The notes under the pieces are model-generated. The model had not been told where the DNA came from, did no database searches, and saw nothing but the letters and a program-made list of their open reading frames with translations. From Bdellovibrionota bacterium (GTDB lineage: Bacteria; Bdellovibrionota_C; UBA2361; JBGSMV01), in contig JBGSMV010000015.1 of the NCBI GenBank assembly GCA_041739995.1, forward strand, positions 64,001 to 128,000: a stretch of 64,000 nt of DNA, written 5' to 3'. Positions 40,884-50,238 of the stretch are shown piece after piece (the first letter of the stretch is position 1; every line of letters begins with the position of its first letter). The position numbers and the translations under genes were made by a program.

Positions 40884-41903
40884 CTAGAGAATCCAAGGCA
40901 GGGTGTGCCCTTTGCGGAGCATCGATTCAGTCACCGCCACTAAATCTCCTCGATCCTGTCCAAGGATATAGCCGAGAGACTCCCAATAGGGATCTGTGAC
41001 GGTGTGAGATCGGTTGGTTCGAATACACTCAGTGATAGTAAAGGCGCTCAACCATTGGAACTGTTCTGCTTCGGAAGGATCGGTAGGCAGAGCTGGGGTC
41101 GCATAACGAACTGTACCAAAGGCTGCATCTCGTCCACATCCAGCGGCAGAAAGAACCAAGGCACTTACTTGAAGTGGCTGCACTCCATACACCGCCTCTC
41201 CCACTGCACTAATCTCTGCGCCGGAAGCAAGCATTTCGAGTGCTCTACGAGCGTCATCGAGTTCTCCAGAGGCGATGAGGAGGGCTAAGCCAGAGCGTCC
41301 TGCGAAACCTGCAAGCATACCTCTACCGGCTCCGAACTCGTGATTCCTTTCTCCGACCAAGAATCCAATCTGTGCGCGCAATATTGCGTCGTCAAGAATC
41401 GGTCGCCAAATGCGTTCGAACTGGCATGCGGCGAGACGTCGACAGACACCGTGAATTACCGCGACCGCCGCGATCACATCGGGCGAGAGAATTTCAATGG
41501 CGCGATGGATGCTATTGACCTTACGTCCCACTCCCAAGAACGGGTCACTTGCTGCGGCAAAGACGAGTCGTCGCAGTCCAATTAGCCCGCCATCAGTAAG
41601 TGTTTTCGTTTGCCCTGTAGAACTGAATACATAATTGCTTAAGCGCCATATGAACCATGGCACTGGTCTGAGCTCTTGCACGATTTCGCGTGCCCGCGTC
41701 CAACTTTTCGCACTACGCTCATCCTTATTTTTTTGGAATTCGAGAACTTCCTTCTGGGTCCCCTCCAAGGCCTTATCAAACTCTTGGTCAAACGAGCCGG
41801 CGTCCGCGGGCATCTCTGGTTCAACCATCAGTGCCGCAGGATCTGCGTCTTCGCGCTCCTTGAGCACCAAGTCTGATAGAATTTCTTCCCCCTGACCTTT
41901 CAT
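40884..41903 (-). CDS. Hypothetical protein with degenerate HDOD-like domain
   Basis: Likely start MKGQGEE; VNSIHRAIEILS...IW...AILRAQIG...GMLAG...G.LAL...EAVYGV...SALVL resembles HDOD. Confidence 0.55.
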   Translation of the reverse strand: MKGQGEEILSDLVLKEREDADPAALMVEPEMPADAGSFDQEFDKALEGTQKEVLEFQKNKDERSAKSWTRAREIVQELRPVPWFIWRLSNYVFSSTGQTKTLTDGGLIGLRRLVFAAASDPFLGVGRKVNSIHRAIEILSPDVIAAVAVIHGVCRRLAACQFERIWRPILDDAILRAQIGFLVGERNHEFGAGRGMLAGFAGRSGLALLIASGELDDARRALEMLASGAEISAVGEAVYGVQPLQVSALVLSAAGCGRDAAFGTVRYATPALPTDPSEAEQFQWLSAFTITECIRTNRSHTVTDPYWESLGYILGQDRGDLVAVTESMLRKGHTLPWIL

Positions 41904-42564
41904 GCGTAGTTTAGCTCCAACGAACAGGCGCTGATTGAGTTCTAATCGGCATAATGTCGAAAAATCTGGACCTCCGAAGCGATGAAGATCGTGCAACTCC
42001 GCCCGTCCCTCTAGGAAAAACGAGCACGCCCCAATGGGACACCCAATCTCCCCTGCTCGCCCCACCGCCACCCGCGTCTCCGGAAGCTGCCCCAGCCTCC
42101 AATAGCTGGCCACCCACGCTTGCCAACCCCGCTTCTGCCGAAAACCCTTGGGCAAATCGACTCGTGGGCCGATTCGCCGACACCCATTGACCGCGCTCCA
42201 AGCGCTCCTGAACATCTCTGTAATTTCAGCACACTAAGCCGTGGTTTTGGGAAAGAGAGGATCCCTACCCGTCACTCCGCTTCTATAGCGGTCTGTATTT
42301 ACTACGAAAATTAATAAATCCTTTCTTCCTTCACTCGCGTCTTATAGACATAAGAGCAACTTGAGCTCTAACTGCTTGTGTTTGCTATATAAGTGAAGTA
42401 GTAACGGAAGAATTTCCGAGCATTTGTATCAAGCTCGTTTCGTGGTCTGAAGTATTCGAGAGCCGTTTTTCATTAGAGTGCCCCACCCTTTTGGGATTCT
42501 CTAGCAGAAAATTAGCCTTGAACTAACTGGGTCCGAGTCGAGTCTTTTTCAGCGAGATCCATGT

Positions 42565-42918
42565 ATGGGCAATACCCGCTACTGTTTGACCAAAGCTGAT
42601 TTAGCAGACTCTATTTACGCGGCGCTTCCGCTCGATAAGCAGAAGGCGGCGCAGATTGTCGAAGATTATGTTGAGCTCATCAAAGATGCGCTCGCCAAGG
42701 ATGGCAAGGTAATGCTGTCTGGATTCGGCTCTTACGAAGTTAAGTTCAAACCCGCACGTCGTGGGCGCAACCCTCAGACCGGTGATTCGATCATTCTCCG
42801 ACAACGCAAAGTCGTAAAATTCAAGCCAAGTCAGTTGCTGCGCAAAGCCATCAACGGAAACACAAATATCTCCGAAGCTGATGCTGACTCCTTCGATGAT
42901 ACCGACGACGATATGTAG
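42565..42918 (+). CDS. ihfA: Integration host factor / HU-family DNA-binding protein
   Basis: LTKADL, KVMLSGFGSYEV, RRGRNPQTG, VVKFKPSQLLRKAIN; acidic tail. Confidence 0.88.
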   Translation: MGNTRYCLTKADLADSIYAALPLDKQKAAQIVEDYVELIKDALAKDGKVMLSGFGSYEVKFKPARRGRNPQTGDSIILRQRKVVKFKPSQLLRKAINGNTNISEADADSFDDTDDDM

Positions 42919-42944
42919 CCGAACCTGCGCTGCCCCGTCTCGTA

Positions 42945-43042
42945 GTCCCTCTTGGAATGTCCCTCTTGGAATGTCCCTCTTGGAATGTCCCTCTTGGAAT
43001 GTCCCTCTTGGAATGTCCCTCTTGGAATGTCCCTCTTGGAAC
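42945..43042. repeat. 14-bp tandem repeat x7 (VNTR)
   Basis: GTCCCTCTTGGAAT x6 perfect plus GTCCCTCTTGGAAC. Confidence 0.95.
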
Positions 43043-43232
43043 TTATATCACCCAATTGTGTAGCGAATCTGCGGCGCTTGGGTGCGCGCTGGTGTCGAGC
43101 CTCTTTGAGCTGCGCCGCTGCTTGCAATAGAGCACCTCTACCCACATCGCCGCAACTTCGGAGCGCCCTCAAAGCACCTGGGTTTCAAATGGATTTGCCT
43201 CGAAGCGAGGTGGTCCTCTAAGCTCAAGGCCT

Positions 43233-43478
43233 ATGAGATACATCCCCTTCCCTACCGCTTCGACGTTGCTCCGGTTCGCTGCGCTCATCATTTGCTTGCC
43301 TCTATCTGGATGCAAAGAAAGCACTCCGCAGACTTCGACGCCTTCAGAGCCAAAGACCCATTTTGGACAGGCACTCGAAAGTGCCCGTGACACAAGCGCG
43401 GCCGTCTCTTTAAAGAATCAGCAAGTCCAAGAAGAGATCAACGAATTGGGGGACGAGCAGCAGACACCCGAGGAGTAG
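43233..43478 (+). CDS. Small lipoprotein
   Basis: Signal peptide with lipobox LSGC. Confidence 0.7.
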   Translation: MRYIPFPTASTLLRFAALIICLPLSGCKESTPQTSTPSEPKTHFGQALESARDTSAAVSLKNQQVQEEINELGDEQQTPEE

Positions 43479-44752
43479 AGTAAGGACAGCTCATTCTTCG
43501 CCTCACTTCTTAGCCAGCCTTGGTCGCTCTCTGTTTTAAACAGCCCTCTCGGTATTCCACTCATCCATAAATACGATCTCCTAGTATGAAAAAATGAAAA
43601 TGAAGAAAAAAGGGCGGCTAAGCGAGAAGGGTCAGTGCCAAGGCAGGCGCTTGGTTGGCTTGAGCAAGAACAGCCGCACCGACTTGAGTAAGGATTTGTC
43701 TCCGAGCAAGCTCAGCGCTGTCCTCCGCCACATCAGAATTGGTAATTCGCGCGTTCGCCGCGTTGTAGTTTTCGACTCGCGAGAAAAGCGCCCCTAGGGC
43801 TGCGCCAAGTCGGCTTTGACTGCTACCGATGGCTCCCCTTTCCAATGCAAGACGACGCATAACGCCCTCAAGCAGATCTAAGGCGTCGTAAGCACCTTGC
43901 TGAGTCGTGATGTTGAGTCTCTGAATCGTCGTCGATTCCTGCGTATTGGCGAGATATATTGAGTTGGAGGAAATTAAATCTGGCACCCCATCATTATTGA
44001 GATCCACCGCCCACGAACTGGCCGCGGGAGCATAAATCTCTGAATTCGCAAAGGTCCCGTCTCCTCCACCATAAAAAGCCTTCGCCTTTCCGCCAGCATC
44101 CCGCGTCAGGAGATCTAGTTTCCCGTCACCATTCATATCAATGATAGATAGGACTCCCAAGCCTCCCGTGCCGACATTCACCGCTGAATGAAAAGTTCCA
44201 TTGCCGCTTCCGCTGAACGTGTGAACACCGCCCGCTGAGATTGCCGCTGCGTCAAGGATGCCGTCGTTATTGAAGTCGCCTAATTGAACATTGCTGATGC
44301 CGATGACCGCAGGAGTGATGAGAGAATTCCCCGCCTGAAAAGTTCCCGTTCCAGTCCCAAGCGCGCTCACCAGAGAGGCGCCCGACGCATAGGCGATATC
44401 TAACTTGCCGTCGCCGTTAAGATCCCCGAGTGCTAGGGTTCCTGCGGCAGCAGCGCCGGTGAGCCCCGTGGCAAATGCGGTGCCAAAGGATCCGTCGGCA
44501 GCGCCAAGTCTGGCAGAAATAACACCGGCCGTTGAGACGCTTACAATATCGACAAGCCCGTCCCCATTGAGATCTCCGATTTCTAACGCATTCACCGCTG
44601 AGGCACTAAGGAGGGTGGAGTCCATAAAGGTACCATCCCCATTTCCCAACGCGACATAGAGTCCGCCACCTCCAACACCATCGTTATTTCCCTCGATGAC
44701 ATCAAGAAAACCATCCCCATTTAGGTCAGCTAACCGCGAAGTCGAACTCAAG

Positions 44753-44779
44753 CCGCGCGCTTAACGACGAAGACACTGC
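44753..44779. repeat. 27-bp perfect direct repeat, copy 2 (at the flagellin frameshift)
   Basis: CCGCGCGCTTAACGACGAAGACACTGC, identical to 45290-45316. Confidence 0.95.
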
Positions 44780-45289
44780 AACTCCGGCCTGAAAAGTCCC
44801 GTCTCCGTTCCCGAGATGCGCATAGAGCGCTCCGGCATCATCGGTTACAATCAGATCGATATGACCATCGTTATTGAGATCTCCTGAGGTCCCGTTGGCC
44901 CCTCCCGCAGGAGTGCTTAAAGCGGAACTCGCTGCGGAATTGAAGCTGAGGAGTATATTGCGAGAGAGTTCTTCGCCAATTCTAGCATTCAGGCGCTCAG
45001 AGTCTCCGAACCCAAGCTGCAATGCCAACTCCCCAAGTCGTCCATCGATTAGTACTCGCCCATTAAAGGTAGTAGTAGCAACAATACGATTGAACTCGTC
45101 TGTAAGCGCGGTCGCTTCTTTATCATTTGAAACGCGCTGAACCCGCCCTAACGACCCGTTTGCGGAGCTGTTCGCCAATTCCTGAAGTCGCGTTGCAATG
45201 CTAGAAAGTTGTGAGAGTGCAGAGTCTGCGATATTTAAGGCGCTGATGCCGTCGTTCGCATTGCGAATACTCTGTGAATAAACTCGGCT

Positions 45290-45316
45290 CCGCGCGCTTA
45301 ACGACGAAGACACTGC
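45290..45316. repeat. 27-bp perfect direct repeat, copy 1 (flagellin N-terminal AVSSSLSAR)
   Basis: CCGCGCGCTTAACGACGAAGACACTGC, identical to 44753-44779. Confidence 0.95.
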
Positions 45317-45519
45317 GAGCCCAGCAGCATCATCTGAAGCATTATTGATACGCAGACCAGACGACAGTCGCTGCAGCGCAGAACCCATCGCACTCTCGTT
45401 TTGAGAGAGCATGCGCTGAGCTACAAGCGCATTGATGTTACTGCCAATACTTGTCGTCAAAAGTACTCCGTTACCACAACGACCTCTTCCCTCTCCTTAG
45501 GGTTAGATTCTTACTAAGG

Positions 45520-45546
45520 AAATCGTCTACTTATACCGCAGGCTTA
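45520..45546 (-). promoter_or_regulatory. Candidate sigma28 (FliA)-like promoter for the minus-strand flagellin
   Basis: Minus strand TAAG-N15-GACGATTT versus consensus TAAA-N15-GCCGATAA, about 60 bp upstream of the TTG start. Confidence 0.45.
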
Positions 45547-45941
45547 ATGAATGGGGGCTAACCCCGCGGTTAACGTTTGAGCTGCTCGACCCTTCCTAAG
45601 ATATTCCCCTAGCTAACCTGGGGTTACAGAAATCATTGGGACGCACATTCAGTGGTGGTCCGAGTCTCAGCGGGTCGAGAATGGTTGGGCGCCCCAAGCG
45701 GGCTCCTCACTCCGAACGAGGGACGCGTCAACGAAGAATCGTGATTGCTAAGTATTTCCCCCACTAATGCCGGATTGAGAACAAAAATAGCCCCCGATTG
45801 TCCAGACACCGAGGACAGAGGTCGACTTAACAAGAGCATAGGAATTGCACTTAGCTCCTGAGCCCCGAACGGAGTCAGTGGGGCGTCATTCACACTCGAT
45901 GTGCCTCAAGGTGCATAGAAGGGGTGGCGCCAGGAGGCAGT

Positions 45942-47790
45942 TTGCCGATAACACTTGGTCAAAACATCTCTTCCCTTAACGCTCGCCGTTACCTCGACGG
46001 TAGTACTGCTCTATTTTCTGCTGCATCAGGAAGACTTTCGAGTGGTCAGCGAATTTCCACTCCCTCGGACGATCCAGCCGGTCTCGCGGTCACTGCGGCT
46101 CTCTCTACAAAGTCACGAGTGCTCGGGCGAGCAGGCCGTAACCTTAGTGATGGAATTTCGGCTCTGCAGACGGCAGAAGGAGGCCTTACCTCAATCCAGA
46201 CGTTGCTGGTTCGCATGAACGAACTTGCTGAACAGGCGGCGAATGGGAGTCTGAGCTCGGTTCAACGCAAGAGTCTTGACGAGGAGTTTCAATCTCTCTC
46301 TAAGGAAATTCAGCGTGTATCACGTACCACCTCTTTTAATAGGATCTCATTACTTTCTGGACAGCGCAGTGCGCGAGCTCCTAGTGCGATGACCGCCACT
46401 GGCCTTCTGGGCCCTGCAGGCCTCTCCGGTGATGGGCGCTATGCGGTTACCGCGACGGCTGCCGACGGAGTGCGATTACATGATCTTCAAACGGGCGCCA
46501 TTACCACTGTAGATGCTGCGGCCTCGAATGCGAATACGGTGATGGCGAGCAATGGCGACATTGTTTACTCGAAAGGTGGCCAACTCTTCCATTTCAGCCG
46601 TTCGAGCGGAACAATCTCGCAAATTACCGCCTCACTTGACGCTGACCCATTCCTCGGACTTGCCATTAGTGCCGATGGCACGACCGTAGCCTTCACTACA
46701 ACCACCAGATATACAAATGAAGGGAAGGTAAGCGATGGCGGTGTAAGCAGCGGAATGAACATCACTCTGCTAAATCTTGACACCGGCGTACTCAAGGTAC
46801 TGGATGGAAACTCTTATTTAGGCAGCGACGGCTTCCGACTCAGCAATGATGGGTCAAAGCTGCTCTTTTACCAAGACGCCGGGCTATGGCAGGATATCTA
46901 TTATGTTGACGAAACTATCCTGACCCCTCGCAATATTGCGACACACAACGTCCCAGGATTTATTCCAATTATCGGAGGAGTTACCGACGATGGTCGCGCC
47001 TTCTACGGCGCCTTCGATGACTTCGTTCAATTCACAGGCAACCTTGAACTAATCGAGTACAATGGAAATACACAAACCAATTCACTTGTTCACGCCATCT
47101 CCTACTCAGGACCTGATATATATTCTATAGCCTCAATTACTGTAGGGGCCGACAACAACACACTCCAAATTCTGAGTGGCCATAACTACACAGGCGAAAA
47201 TACCTCGGAGCATATTCAGGCCTTCAAATTTGACCTCAGTTCTCGACAGTTCACTCAACTTACGTCTTTCACCGGAGAACTCTCTGTATCCGCAAGCCCG
47301 ACCTCCCTTCTTTCCGGGGACGGGAGTCGATTGGTTTATCTTGGTGCTGGATCACGAGCCTTTGCAGTCGATCTATCTCCAGAATCTTCCCCGCTAGACA
47401 TCGAAGCGGGTTTCGGTTCCGCCGGTCGCTTACTCGCCTCCTTGCCGGGCTTAGAGGGCGGGATCCGCGGTATTTGGGGGATACGCCGTGAAATCGCAGC
47501 GGGGAGCATGGGGTGCGCTTGATTCAACTCGCCAAGCTATCGCCAGGGTGGCAGAAATTCTTGGCGATCTTGGGTCATTCTCAAGCAGACTTCAGGCAGC
47601 TGCCACGGTCACCTCTGCCCAGGAAACGGAAATCTTGGCGGCTAGAAATCGTATCACCGACATCGATGTGGCACAGGAGAGTGCGGCACTGCTTCGCTCC
47701 AGAATCGCACAAGATATTGGTGTCGCCATTCTCTCTCAGGCGAACCTCCAACCGCAGATTGTGCTCACCTTGCTGCAAGCAAGACAATAA
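45942..47790 (+). pseudogene. fliC: Flagellin with a TolB/PD40-like beta-propeller insert; +1 frameshift at TTTGGGGG (47473-47480)
   Basis: AGGAGG-TTG start; RLSSGQRISTPSDDPAGLAV...RNLSDGISALQTAEGGL; repeats SGDGRY, ISADGTTVAF, LSNDGSKLLF, LSGDGSRLVY; C-terminal flagellin in ORF 47488..47790 (RNRITDIDVAQESAALLR...LSQANLQPQ). Confidence 0.88.
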
Positions 47791-47914
47791 TAAGGCACTC
47801 GATTATTAATAGAAACGAGCCTGCCGACCTCATTTCTCAGAGGAGTAGTCGCCACCGAAGTGAGAGAGGGGGGGGTCTCAGCGAAACACTTGGTCACGGC
47901 CGGTGAGCTTGCCA

Positions 47915-48445
47915 TCAAGCTTGGTCATTCGATCGAGATCTCCGAGAAACATCGCCAGAACATTGTGTGGTGCAATCGGCGTGAGTTCGTTGATGCGGAG
48001 TAGAGACTCTTCTATTCAAGGTGCTCAACAGAAGTCGCCAGCACAGAAACGCTAAGAATCCCAAGCAGAGTACTTGGCTAAGGTTCTCCTTCGAGTCAAT
48101 ACCGAGCGCAAAAAACCACATGGGGAATACTATAAAGAGCGACCCCACCGCGGCCACGATAAACATGAAAATATACTGCGCGAGCCCTCTCTTCCTCCAG
48201 AGGAACCGAAGCAAAGAGCAGATCAGAAGCAGCGCCAACAGCAAGGCCGCCAGTATTGCCGACAAGGTCCACGGTTCAAGATCGAACGCTCCGTCAATCG
48301 CAGTGAATGCGTTCCCCTGCGCGGGGAAGCAAAGGATCAAGAGCAGCACTGCAGTAATGACGTCCCTCCCAGGCGTGTCACGGTGGCCCCTCTGCATCTC
48401 AGAATCAACTTGGCGAGCAATTATCCGCCCAAACATTCTACCCAA
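47915..48445 (-). CDS. Membrane hypothetical protein
   Basis: Four hydrophobic segments. Confidence 0.55.
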   Translation of the reverse strand: MGRMFGRIIARQVDSEMQRGHRDTPGRDVITAVLLLILCFPAQGNAFTAIDGAFDLEPWTLSAILAALLLALLLICSLLRFLWRKRGLAQYIFMFIVAAVGSLFIVFPMWFFALGIDSKENLSQVLCLGFLAFLCWRLLLSTLNRRVSTPHQRTHADCTTQCSGDVSRRSRSNDQA

Positions 48446-48683
48446 CTTTATTGTCCCCGCTAAACAAAGCTAAGGAGGGACACTGGATCGTCGCACGCCT
48501 TTCTTGATGGAGTGGGTGGGAGACTCTCGGTTGAAAGGATATGCGCATTCAAACTGCTCTGGAGAGCCCAGCTCGAAAGCCGAGAATTTTACATTTTCGC
48601 TTATGTGTAGAAGTGCTCACCGATTCTTACTCGACCCCCGGCGGGGCTTCAATATCGTACCGGTGAGGGATAAAGGATGAAAC

Positions 48684-49088
48684 TTAATGCCGCACCTGAC
48701 ACTGGCCAGACACTGTCGCAAGCGTGTGAAGAATGGTCTCTATGTCTTCTGGATCTTCACTTCGAGTCATGAAAGCCACGGCGCCATGTCTAAAGGCCTG
48801 CTCCTCAGCCTCACGACTTCGAAGCTCTCCGGTCGCCACAACTGGAACTTCGAGTTCTGAGCACCCACGCATAAGCGCGACCGCTTCATTGTCAGCTGCA
48901 TGCATGTCCATAAGGACTACCGAAGGATCGAAGCGCACCATGAGATTACGCGCCTCAAGACCTGAGCCAGCAAACTCGGCAACTATCTCGTATTGATGGC
49001 TACACAGCTCTATAATTTCGCGAAGTTGATCACGAAACTCAGGTTCACTTTCTACAACCAGGAGCCTTACGTGTTTTCTAAGATCCAT
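48684..49088 (-). CDS. Single-domain response regulator receiver (atypical)
   Basis: RLLVVESE, PSVVLMDM, PVVATG, AFRHGAVAFMTR; likely start MDLRKH. Confidence 0.8.
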   Translation of the reverse strand: MDLRKHVRLLVVESEPEFRDQLREIIELCSHQYEIVAEFAGSGLEARNLMVRFDPSVVLMDMHAADNEAVALMRGCSELEVPVVATGELRSREAEEQAFRHGAVAFMTRSEDPEDIETILHTLATVSGQCQVRH

Positions 49089-49416
49089 AGTTTTTTTCTC
49101 GTCGTAAGAGACCTGTCGGCAGACGAGCGCGAAAGTTAAAGGATTCAGAGCTACGAAATTTTCGTTCCAAGGAAACGCTGAAAAACTTGGCTCAGTCATC
49201 GATCCTTCTCGAACCTGCTAGGCAAAAAACACCACGAGCTTCAGCCTTGGCTCGATGATAAAATGCCGAGGTAACCCATCGCATTCGCTTGGGGTTTACG
49301 GGGCTATCAACCTCACCTTACGGACTATCCACGCGGATTCCTGAAATCGTTCAACAAAAGCCTCTTGCCGACTTCTAGTCTTATTGTATATGGTAACCCC
49401 ATCGACGGAGACCAGT

Positions 49417-50190
49417 ATGGGCAACCCAAAATCGAACGAAAAGAACAAAAAAACCAGCGTAACTGAAGGGTTGGACCATGAATCAGATAAACCCCATGAA
49501 TCAGCTCGACCCCATGAAGCAGCTCAACCCCAGGAAGTAAGTGTCAGACAGGGGGCCCTTCCGGGAAGCACAGTAGAGTTTAAGTCGAGTACGCTAGCTC
49601 CTGTACAGCGTCAGACTTTGGAGTTTTTGCGCAACTTCATTGCTGACCGTGGGTACGTTCCCACACTGAAAGATATCTCAGGACACATTGGCGTAAAGTC
49701 GCTCTCGACTGCCCATTTTCACTTGGAACGTCTCGTCGATAAAGGTTTCATTCGACGTGGTGAAGACGGAATCGTCGAGCTGATAGAGGTGGCCAAACCA
49801 GAATTAGGTCCAACCGCCGTTCCGTTAGTTGGCGTAATCGCTGCCGGACTCCCTATCGAGGCAATCGAGCAAGCAACTTTCATAGACATTCCGCCGAGTA
49901 TGATTGACGGTCGTGGCGAAGTGTATTGCCTAGAGGTCAGCGGGAATTCGATGATCGACGAGCATATATGCGACCAAGATATTGTAGTCATTAAGAAACA
50001 GCCCAGCGCAGAAAACGGCCAGATAGTGGTAGCACTTCTTGATGACGGCACCGCAACTCTTAAGACATTTCGCCGATTAAAGAACGGCAAGGTGATGCTT
50101 ATTCCGGCTAATCCGGCTTTGACTCCGATAACGCTCGACAGCGTTACCATTCAAGGCAGGGTCGTTGGAGTAATCCGTCAGCTTCATTGA
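49417..50190 (+). CDS. lexA: SOS repressor LexA with N-terminal extension
   Basis: wHTH (GYVPTLKDI...STAHFHLERL), AAG cleavage site, GNSM serine, TLK lysine; directly upstream of recA; GGAG RBS before ATG 49417. Confidence 0.95.
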   Translation: MGNPKSNEKNKKTSVTEGLDHESDKPHESARPHEAAQPQEVSVRQGALPGSTVEFKSSTLAPVQRQTLEFLRNFIADRGYVPTLKDISGHIGVKSLSTAHFHLERLVDKGFIRRGEDGIVELIEVAKPELGPTAVPLVGVIAAGLPIEAIEQATFIDIPPSMIDGRGEVYCLEVSGNSMIDEHICDQDIVVIKKQPSAENGQIVVALLDDGTATLKTFRRLKNGKVMLIPANPALTPITLDSVTIQGRVVGVIRQLH

Positions 50191-50238
50191 GAGCGTTTCA
50201 TTAAAAACATTTTATCAGCAACTTATCCGAAGGTGTGT

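Larger units (their letters stand above)
43618..45460 (-). pseudogene. fliC: Flagellin with seven FG-GAP/VCBS repeats in the hypervariable region; +1 frameshift near 44752
   Basis: N-terminal flagellin (RLSSGLRINNASDDAAGLAV...RNANDGIS...TTFNG) in ORF 44726..45460; C-terminal flagellin (ERGAIGSSQSRL...ARITNSDVAEDSAELARRQIL...LAQANQAP) in ORF 43618..44751; seven DxNxDG..D motifs. Confidence 0.88.

Noticed and set aside
41904..42215. N-terminal ~100 aa of the 443-aa ORF 40884..42215
   Set aside because: It reads as non-protein-like upstream extension; ATG 41903 is the more plausible start.
42945..43042. CRISPR array
   Set aside because: Units are contiguous 14-mers with no spacers, and there are no cas genes in the window.
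44753..45316. Diversity-generating retroelement TR/VR pair
   Set aside because: The repeat is only 27 bp and identical (no adenine-specific mismatches), and no reverse transcriptase is present.
45461..45941. Invertible (Hin-type) promoter switch between the flagellins
   Set aside because: I found no flanking inverted repeat pair of convincing length by eye, and no invertase lies nearby.
45944..45951. Perfect sigma28 -10 element GCCGATAA
   Set aside because: It lies within the first codons of the flagellin and has no matching -35 element.
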